A stretch of 32,000 bases of DNA from Paramicrosporidium saccamoebae KSL3 (taxonomy: Eukaryota > Fungi > Cryptomycota): positions 1 to 32,000 of the forward strand of contig MTSL01000048.1 of the NCBI GenBank assembly GCA_002794465.1, in the 5' to 3' direction. Numbering within the stretch: position 1 is the first letter of the stretch; every line of letters begins with the position of its first letter. The notes beneath the pieces were generated by a model that was given only the letters and a program-made list of their open reading frames with translations, was not told where the DNA came from and made no database searches. Both the position numbers and the translations under genes were made by a program. This document shows positions 21,201-29,658 of this stretch, one piece after another.

Positions 21201-22301
21201 TTACTGACCCGGAGTCACCGAACTCTCCATAGCTCGGTTAAATCCACCCATATCTGAGGGAAGAAAATCGCGCATGTTCAGTTCCGGGAGGGGAGAAAAG
21301 AGGTCGGCATAAAGACTGCTGCCGAGATAAGAGCTGACGGGTGGGCCGGATCGGACGCCCAAGGGGTTCTTGGAGTAGCTGAGACGAATTCCACCTTTGG
21401 TAGAGTTGCTCAGCATTGTTCCGTACAATTGCTCCATCGACATGGTTGCGGTTCGGATTTCGTCAAATTCCACAAAACACATTGGACTTCCACCAAACTT
21501 TGGCTTAAAACTCAGTCTTCTGAATCCCGGACAGGTGGCAAAAATAGACCGCAGTTCCATCTCATTGGCATTTGGTGGCAAATTTCCCACGTAAAGTGTG
21601 TTACAGGGCGGGTTCTCGGCAAACACAGAGTCCCCACAAACCGACGGCGCTGGTGTGCCTGCACTGCTGCTAGGTGTACTGCTGGACTTGAAGACATTTT
21701 GTAACAGGCTGGGCCCAGGACGTGCGGTCTCTGTCAATGTATAGGGCTGGTTGGGGGCAGCAACTGGGATTGGGTTCAACTGTCCCGGGATACTTAGACT
21801 CAGCGAACGTCCGCCGTGAGAATCGCAGTTTGTACAATTGCTACATTTTGTTGTCTGATAAACAGTAGTAGTGGGAATGCTGGCACGACGAGCAAGGCTT
21901 GGTCCAAACATTGCGTCCCTATTTTCGTACTGCAGGACGGAGCGCGAACGAAGCGGCCCTAACACTAGATTTTTCTTTGCCAACTCACACCGCAATGTGG
22001 AGCCGCGCTCGGCGTCCACAACTCGACCATTGAGTACGCGACAAGCATCCATGGCGTCCTGGCAGGATTTGAATTTCGCAAAACCCAAGATCTGTCCACG
22101 CGGAACCTGGCTGAAGCAGCGTAGCAACGGACTGCCTGATGGCTCTGGCTCTACAGAGGGAATTCTTAAGCTGCAGCCCTCGTAGCCTTTGGCAAAGGCA
22201 AACAAGTTTTGGAACTCGCGCTCTTTAAAGTCCTCTGGAAAGCCATTAACGTAGATTGTGCTCACAATTTCCTCAACACCATAGGATTCAGTATAGGACA
22301 T
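21201..22301 (-). CDS. WHI3: Two-RRM RNA-binding protein: N-terminal RBPMS/Cpo-type RRM and C-terminal Whi3/Scw1-type RRM
   Basis: RRM1 [42 protein letters not shown]2 [43 protein letters not shown], the Whi3/Scw1 signature. 366 aa. Confidence 0.88.
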   Translation of the reverse strand: MSYTESYGVEEIVSTIYVNGFPEDFKEREFQNLFAFAKGYEGCSLRIPSVEPEPSGSPLLRCFSQVPRGQILGFAKFKSCQDAMDACRVLNGRVVDAERGSTLRCELAKKNLVLGPLRSRSVLQYENRDAMFGPSLARRASIPTTTVYQTTKCSNCTNCDSHGGRSLSLSIPGQLNPIPVAAPNQPYTLTETARPGPSLLQNVFKSSSTPSSSAGTPAPSVCGDSVFAENPPCNTLYVGNLPPNANEMELRSIFATCPGFRRLSFKPKFGGSPMCFVEFDEIRTATMSMEQLYGTMLSNSTKGGIRLSYSKNPLGVRSGPPVSSYLGSSLYADLFSPLPELNMRDFLPSDMGGFNRAMESSVTPGQ

Positions 22302-22435
22302 TGCTCAGTGTTCGTTTGTGATGACACAACTGTCGTCACTGGTTGGGGGGACGTCACCTGGTTACCGACAAATTTGTGTTTATACGTGTCAGAGTCTTTG
22401 TGCCATTTTTGGAAGAAGTGGCGCAGCAATCTGAA

Positions 22436-22486
22436 GCTTTTCGGTATCATGCTACTTGGTCATATCAGAGCTTTCGGTATCATGCT
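22436..22486. repeat. Direct repeat TTTCGGTATCATGCT x2 upstream of the Whi3-like gene
   Basis: 15-bp identical core at 22439-22453 and 22472-22486 (33-bp period). Confidence 0.85.
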
Positions 22487-22783
22487 GTTGGCGAGTGGAA
22501 AGGACGCCATTATTAAAGTATGTGGCACCTTTACAGTCCGTCATTCTCAAAATGGTGGACTTGGATCATGAGGTAGCTGGTATAAGTAGAGATGTGATGT
22601 GGTGAGTCAATCCGCTATGTTTAAGGAATAGTAGCCCCTATTGGGCGCTACGATAAGGTGAAAGAATCGGCCGCGAAAAGACGGATGATATGTACTAAGA
22701 GCAGCATGAGGTCCTGTACGCGGGAGGATGTACCACCACACACCATTGTTTAACAGAAGCTCTTATGAACAAGTTACAAACAC

Positions 22784-23753
22784 TCAATATACCCGGTCAA
22801 ACCCTCGTTCTGGGGGCTGCAGCCAATTTTGATTGTCATACTGACAATTTCCCTCAATGACATGGAATGTGTATGCATTTCGGGGATCCTCAGAGAGATT
22901 AGGGCCGCTTTGATGCACAACGGATCCATGAATCAGGACTAGCGTTCCCTTTGGAATCTCCAACTGAACGAATCGCTTATCTTCAAAGGTGTGTTGGGAT
23001 CCTTGAAAGCAAGTCTCAGTCCCAGCATCGTTCCTTACTAATCGGCTCGTTATTGGATACTCTGACATCAATGAACCAACCCGAGAATCTACCTTTGTGT
23101 GATCCGGGAATAAAGGATAGGGTCCCATTTTTAGCAGTGCAATCGTCCAAGGCAAACCAGAATCCTATCGCACTATTTGGCTCCGTGTACAGAAATGTAG
23201 AATCTTGATGGGGCACCACCTCGCCACCGATTCGGGGATTCTACACATGAATTTGCACCATCCAACTTGCCTTGAAAATGATCATGCTTTGCAGTATCAC
23301 TGGATGCTCAAATCCAAGCTGTCGAAATATCTCAATCAGGGAACTCGAGTGAGTAAAGTTGCGAAAAACTGAATCCTTTAAGTGCAATCCTACAAATTCC
23401 CATCATTATAGCCGACTCGTACCATGGCCAATCTTGTTGAGAGCTCGCTCTTTGGGAACCACAAGTTCACCTTTGTCATTCAATGCACCGGCTTCATAAA
23501 AGAACGAAATGTTGTCGCCACTGGCCAGAAAATATTGACTGTGCCGCTGTTGGCTGTTCTTTGTTACAAATCGAGTTACAGGATGGGACTCGGGCTTTAA
23601 TTGCTCGGCGAGCATCTGGGCACGATTTCTTAATTGTTGAATCTGCTCTTCCGAAAGAAAGTTTTTGATCAAAAGATAACCATCATTATTGAACTAGGTA
23701 TTTTAGTCAATTCCCGAAATTACTGCTTCCAAGTCCAAACCAGCAACGGGCAT
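22784..23753 (-). CDS. PHYHD1: Phytanoyl-CoA dioxygenase family Fe(II)/2OG enzyme (PHYHD1-like)
   Basis: complement join(22784-23061,23093-23240,23271-23389,23423-23693,23724-23753), 281 aa; introns 31, 30 (GC-AG), 33 and 30 nt. Motifs [27 protein letters not shown]|[42 protein letters not shown]. Confidence 0.94.
23241..23270 (-). other. 30-nt GC-AG spliceosomal intron (AAG|GCAAGT...GTGTAG|AAT)
   Basis: Removal deletes an in-frame TAG and restores the conserved IFK-xPxIGGEV motif; the donor matches the strong consensus typical of GC donors. Confidence 0.8.
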
Positions 23754-23805
23754 TATGTTGATGATGCTATGGATTTTTAATGCATTTGTTATTTGCGGAT
23801 TATCT

Positions 23806-24753
23806 TTATGGCTTGAGGCCGATGTGGAATGGGCATTTGGACGGGTCGCCTTTAACGTGGTCTTTGTCGGGAATTTTGTATCCCATCTTTTTAATTCGAT
23901 CTACATCGAAACCGCGCGACTTGAAAAATTGCTCCTGATCCCGCTTCTTTGAGTTACGAGATTTAGTAGGCTTTTTGCTCTGGGAACGAGGCTGTTTCTT
24001 GCGGCCGTGGTTGTTGTGGCGGCGGGGGTTTTTTACGTCCTGAGGCGTGCTCCAATAAACTCTGCCTTTTGGCTGGGATTTTCGAGCAGTTCGAGCAATT
24101 CGAGTAGGCCGTGCAGTTCGAGTGGTTCGAGTAGACTGAGTGGACTGAGTAGACAAAGTCCTCGGGCCTCTACTCTTGTGCTTATTCTTACGATCACGGC
24201 CACGCACATGTCTACGCCCATGTCCATGTCTACGTCCATGCCTATGTCCACGCCTATGTCCATGCTTGCGCTTACTCTTACGGCCACAGGAATCTGAAGA
24301 GGAGGCTGAAGAGGAGGAATAACTATAGCTCTGCATCTCTCGTAATAGATCAGCATTCTCTTTCTTTGCCAAAAATGGACATTGTTTCGCATCGCCACCA
24401 AATCCATGATGATTTATAGCGTGGGCGGCTGCCCGAGATGCTATTTTCACTGTACCTTGAGGTTTCTTGACACTTGCGCCGCTGCCAATTTCGTCATCAT
24501 TTGCAGATGAAACTTTCTTATCGTACCCAAATGGACATTTTCCCCCCGCTGGTTTGGGCTCCTTTACATCGCTATCACCATACCCAAACGGACATTTGGG
24601 CTTTTCGGGAGTTTTGGCTGGCTCCTTTGAACCTACAGCCGGAGTCGACTGTTCACGGGAATTTCGGTATGCGTGAATGGTACCTGCGAGCACCAGCAGG
24701 AATGCAAGACCGCTGATTGCAACAGTCCAGAAGCGACGACCAAGAGATTTCAT
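23806..24753 (-). CDS. Secreted or signal-anchored orphan protein with four K/Q-C-P-F motifs and a His/Arg-rich segment
   Basis: ATG at 24753; hydrophobic N-terminus FWTVAISGLAFLLVLAGTIHA. KCPFG x2, QCPFL, KCPFH; SSSSASSSDSC followed by KHGHRRGHRHGRRHGHGRRH. 315 aa. Confidence 0.8.
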   Translation of the reverse strand: MKSLGRRFWTVAISGLAFLLVLAGTIHAYRNSREQSTPAVGSKEPAKTPEKPKCPFGYGDSDVKEPKPAGGKCPFGYDKKVSSANDDEIGSGASVKKPQGTVKIASRAAAHAINHHGFGGDAKQCPFLAKKENADLLREMQSYSYSSSSASSSDSCGRKSKRKHGHRRGHRHGRRHGHGRRHVRGRDRKNKHKSRGPRTLSTQSTQSTRTTRTARPTRIARTARKSQPKGRVYWSTPQDVKNPRRHNNHGRKKQPRSQSKKPTKSRNSKKRDQEQFFKSRGFDVDRIKKMGYKIPDKDHVKGDPSKCPFHIGLKP

Positions 24754-24876
24754 TCTGTGTGGCGTAATTCTCGCCTCGTTACCTACTTTCAATTTCCGCC
24801 GTCTGGGCCAATCAAAACTTGCAAAAAGAATCGAGTTGTAGTGGAAAATGCGCCGGGGCTAGCGCACATCTTCCTG
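24754..24876. promoter_or_regulatory. Probable bidirectional promoter (123 bp) between the CPF-motif gene and BRL1/BRR6
   Basis: Head-to-head ATGs at 24753 (-) and 24877 (+). Inferred from geometry. Confidence 0.45.
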
Positions 24877-25930
24877 ATGTTAGCGTCAGAGCGAGGGAAA
24901 GAATCTCCAATGGATCTTGACTCGCCACCGTCAGTGTGGTGCAATTCGCCCGTTCCAACAACCTCTCCGGACAAGCCGGTTACTCCAAGTACATGATAAT
25001 CATGTTTTCCAATCAGTAGGGGCTGTTTTTGGAGCGCCTACCTCCTCGCCCGGGAGCAGCGGTGGGCCGCATTCCCCCACAAAGTCAATGCCCAGAGTTA
25101 GACGGCTTGGATTGTTTGGAGGCTCGCCTTCCAGGATTAGGAGCAGTCCACTGGCACGACGAAGCAGAGTAGAAGGCGACTCGCCTCTCTCAGAGACAAA
25201 CTCGACGGTAATTCGCTGCAGTGTTATAGCTTTTAGAAGAAGAAACGGGCATTAGTCGAAAGAGAAGACAACAACCGACACTTGTATCTGCCACTCGTCA
25301 TTATGGGGTATCAAGTCGTAGTGTCACGCTGACTATTCGTAGATACCTGCAAGTTGCCTTCAATGTGATTTTGATATCTGGAGTGCTCTATTTTTTGATG
25401 CAATTCTTCCTAACTGTACGACGTGACGTCCAAATTAAGGTGGATGAGCAGCTTTCGACCATCCTCGCCGAAATATCCCAGTGTTCGAAACAATATGTGG
25501 AGAACCGGTGTAGTCCAGACTTGAGGGTTCCAGCCATGGAAAAGGCCTGCATCGTGTGGGAAAGTTGCATGAAACGAGATCCATCTGTTATCGGACGGGC
25601 GAAGCTATCGGCTGAGACCTTTGCAGAAATAATCAACGGCTTCATCGAACCCATCTCCTACAAAACAATGGTACCAGCCCAGTGGATCAGTGGTTGCTGA
25701 CATTGTAGATATTCATCTTGGCGGCACTGTTTGGGACAATATTCCTATCAAACTATGCCTTTTCAATGGCGAGGAATAGGGTGAGCTCGGGATACGCTCC
25801 AATGTTGCGGGATCAACAAACCGTTTTTGCGTCTGGACTTTACACCCCAGTACATACAGTATCCTTATCTGCGTTGTCTCTAATATAATAGACTCCAGGG
25901 AAACAAAAGGCCCTAATGTCTCTTCAATAA
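24877..25930 (+). CDS. BRL1: Nuclear envelope / NPC biogenesis protein, Brl1/Brr6 family
   Basis: Introns 24989-25016 (or -25019), 25208-25236, 25308-25342, 25671-25708 and probably 25859-25891. Gives ESPMD N-terminus, G|YLQVAFNV TM, four-Cys loop QCSKQYVENRC..VPAMEKAC..WESCMKRDP, AETFAEIINGFIEPISYKTM|IFIL..SNYAF. The last exon is less certain. Confidence 0.88.
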
Positions 25931-26212
25931 ACTGTAACATATCATTGACGTAGATAATTATCTGTACAGCCGAGCGTGTTGATGTATTCCCTAATGAGCA
26001 ATCGCTACGGATCAAGTCACTATTATTTGCACTGTGAGAGGGAGTCCTTAGTACCAACTTGTGATTGGGTTAATAAGACGCTTTCACTACAACTTTATTT
26101 ACTATTCAGTAAAGAATTTACTAATCCCCTAGTCCCAATTCACTAATCCCAACCCACTCACTAGTCTCAAACCACCAGGCCCATCCACTGGGCCACCAGG
26201 GCAATAGGTTGC

Positions 26213-27982
26213 ATGAGTGAACAAGGTAGAGTCTCTTAATGATTATAGTCTCATTTACCAGGCTTCATCAGCAAGATTAAAAATTCCAAGCGCTTCAGTC
26301 TAAAACGGCTCGTTGGCGGCAACAAGGATGAAATAGAAGGCCCTGCTTCACTGCCCGCCAGCAGCAAAGAGTCACTCGCAGCACGGGCCCTACATAGCAA
26401 TAGCGGAAGTGAGCGCGAGCGTAGTCCAGGGAGAATTGAAGACTATCCCGAGGCGCCAACTTGTGACGAGGACGACGAGGACTACCATGACACTGACGAC
26501 AGCGACCAAGAGGACGACGAAGATTACAAAAAGGGAGGATACCATCCGGTGACTGTGGGAGATGTGTTCCACGAACGCTACACAATTATCCGAAAAATGG
26601 GATGGGGACACTTTTCCACAGTGTGGCTGTCGTATGACTCTACTAACAATCAGTACGTTGCCTTGAAGATTGTCAAAAGTGCAGAGCACTACACCGAGGC
26701 TGCTGAAGATGAAATTCTGCTTCTGGAAAAGGTGAGCGGTTGCATTAGCAAACTCCATCTTGTGCCTGGTGAAGAGTCGGTGGTTCGGCTCCTGGACCAT
26801 TTCCGCCATAGAGGCCCCCACGGAGCTCATGTCTGCATGGTATTTGAGGTGTTGGGAGAGAATCTGCTTAGAGTAATCAGGAGATTTGAACACCGTGGCC
26901 TACCTCTGCATGTTGTCAAAGTGCTTGCAAAGCAAATGCTGCAAGGATTGGATTTGTTGCACCGAGAATGTGGTATTATCCATACCGATTTGAAGCCTGA
27001 GAATATCCTAGTCTGTCTCGAACAGGATGAGATTCGACGAATGGCCACTATTGCCCTGGAGCGGGCATTAAGGGAGGGGGAGACTACTAGTATTGGGAGT
27101 GTCGATGTTGATAGTGAGCCACGTTCCCGCAGAGCCCGTGGTTCCTTCTCGGAGCATTTGCAGAGGATAGCAGCATCCAGTGAGGATTGCACCAAGTCAG
27201 TTGAGAGGATGCGTCAACTCTACCAAATGGTGACCTACTCGCAGCAATTCGATCTGGCAGAAAGTATGGGAGGCATTAACATTTCGCAGAGGTCAGCGGT
27301 GCAAATGACAGAGGGTGCAAGTCTATTCATGAAGGGGACTGAGCGCGGAACATCGCGCGACTGGCAACAAGATCGAAATGGATCTAGAAGCACATCAAGG
27401 ATGAGACAACTTGCTCCGGATAATATCCGAGTCAAGATTGCAGATCTCGGGAATGCCTGTTGGGTTGATAAACACTTTACAAATGACATTCAAACACGCC
27501 AATATCGGGCGCCTGAAGTGATCCTTGGAATGAATTATGACACCTCCTGTGACATTTGGAGCACCGCTTGTGTGGTGTTTGAGCTGGCTACTGGCGATTT
27601 TTTGTTTGCTCCCCATTCTGGCAAAAGATATAACAAGAATGAAGATCACGTGGCCCAAATGATTGAGCTACTTGGTAAGATGCCGCGATCCTTTGCACTC
27701 GGTGGCAAGTACTCTTATGAAATATTCAACCGACGTGGCGAGCTTCGTCACATTAGAGATCTCGAGTATTGGAAACTCGAGGATGTGCTTACTGAAAAAT
27801 ACCGGATGCACCCCAATGACGCTATGGAGTTGGCGTCTTTCCTCTCTCCCATGCTCGAGTTTATACCACGGCGGAGGGCGTCTGCGCAGGATTGTCTTAC
27901 CCATCCGTGGCTCAAGCCAGAGCAGTCCATGGACAACGACTATACCATAAGACGGCCGAGCGATGCCACAATCGGAGCATAA
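26213..27982 (+). CDS. SKY1: SR-protein kinase (SRPK/Sky1/Dsk1)
   Basis: join(26213-26225,26262-27982), 577 aa, one 36-nt intron. EDYKKGGYHPV, KMGWGHFSTVWL, VALKIVKS, HTDLKPEN, spacer insert, KIADLGNACW, IQTRQYRAPEV. Confidence 0.96.
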
Positions 27983-28012
27983 GGAAAATAAAGCAATTTC
28001 TTTGTTTATGTG

Positions 28013-29588
28013 ATGAGTGTCCTAGAGAATCTTGGCAAGAAGATTAGCAGCACACTGGAGAGTGCACAGAAGGACCTCCGCCAGTCAGTGGCAAAGTCTC
28101 TGTCTGTAGCCGCCACGAGTATTGCCACTCCGCCGCCCGTTACGAGTGGCAGCAAATCCAAATTATTTAGCACCATCCTGGACCGCTCCAAACGCATCCG
28201 TGACCATATTGTCGATCGCCGCAATCCTACCAGTACCCGAAATTTCCAGTGCTGACTGTAGTGGGGGCTGAAGGACCGGGAATAACAACGACCGGCGTGT
28301 CGAGAGACGATGTGCAGGAGAAACTGGCGACATTTGCCAGATTGGAAAAGGAGTTTTGCGACCTGATTGAGGCGTATGAGATTCTGTTGGTGGAAAGGAT
28401 TCATTTGGAGGAAATTGTGGCGGGAAGTAGTCAGCTCGAGTCCCTCGATGACTTGGAACTTGTTGGACAATACTACAAGGCCATCCAGGACACGACGCAG
28501 GTAGAACCATAGACACGACGTTTATTGAGTAGATGTCGAAGCAGGAAATTGCACGTCTAACTCAAAAGGTCGAAGAGTTGGAAAGTCTCCCAGCGACAAA
28601 GGCCGATTCAATCGCTATTGAATATGCGCGACGGAACGGCGACGATGAGCAATTAGAGACATCATCTAATGTCAGCACCCAATCGGTTGCCGAGAAATTA
28701 AGTGAGGCTCGGGACAGCATTGCCGCATTGACACAGCAGCTCCGTGACAAGGACAGTCGGATTCTGGAACTCGAGTCAGCGCAAAAGACTTTGATCAAAG
28801 ACAAATCTTCCCTTACGAGCCGAGATTTGGAACGAGAGAGCGTGGTGACGTCATTAGAATCGCAAAAGATGGCCTTGGAGACACGGGTAAATTATATGCA
28901 AAAACAACTGCAGGATTTTGAAGGGAAGCGGGCCAAATTTAAGGAAATTTCAAGCACCAGTCAGGGAGAGGTACAACAGGCCAAAGAAGAGCTGTCCAAA
29001 TGCAAGCAGCGACTGGCTCTGACGGAATCGGATCTTTGTGCGACAAGAAAGGTGTTGGAGGCGTGTCAGACAGAACTAGACTTGGTCCGAGAGGAAGCTG
29101 ACAACTCTCTACGAAATCTCAATAGCGAGCAATTCCGGCTAGATTCGGCATTAACGTTAGCAGAAACGTTATTAGATGAGGAGCGTCTCAAATGCAAGGA
29201 TTTGCTCAAACAACTGGGGACAGCCAATGAACAGCTTGCTCAGCTTCAAAAAATGCTTTCGTTGAAGGAATCGGAAATTGTCCGCCAATCAAGAGCCATG
29301 TCCATTGATTCTGTACGGAGTCCCAGTATATTCAGCACGGAGGACACGGGTGAGACGGTCCGAAGGAGACCATCCACTACTGCGGAGCAATCAATCAAAG
29401 CCCTCAAGGCAGAATGTGAACGATTAGCCATTGAGAATACGAGGATCAAGGCCTCTTCACAGATTGAATACATTCGGAACATTATGCTGCGGTTCCTCCA
29501 GCTGCCCGATCAACGGAAAACTCTGCTCCCAGTGCTCAGCAATCTCTTTCGCTTCACCGACACGGAATTGGCATCAATAAAGAAGTAA
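28013..29588 (+). CDS. GRIP-domain coiled-coil golgin (Imh1/golgin-97/245-like)
   Basis: join(28013-28232,28262-28500,28533-29588), 504 aa; introns of 29 nt (CTGAC branch motif) and 32 nt. Long heptad coiled coil ending in the GRIP motif EYIRNIMLRFL..RKTLLPVLSNLFRFTDTE. Confidence 0.88.
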
Positions 29589-29658
29589 ATTGACCAATCA
29601 CCATGGTTGTTTACCTAATTGCCCAATTAAGCCCAGACGCACCACTGTCGTGTCAGTC

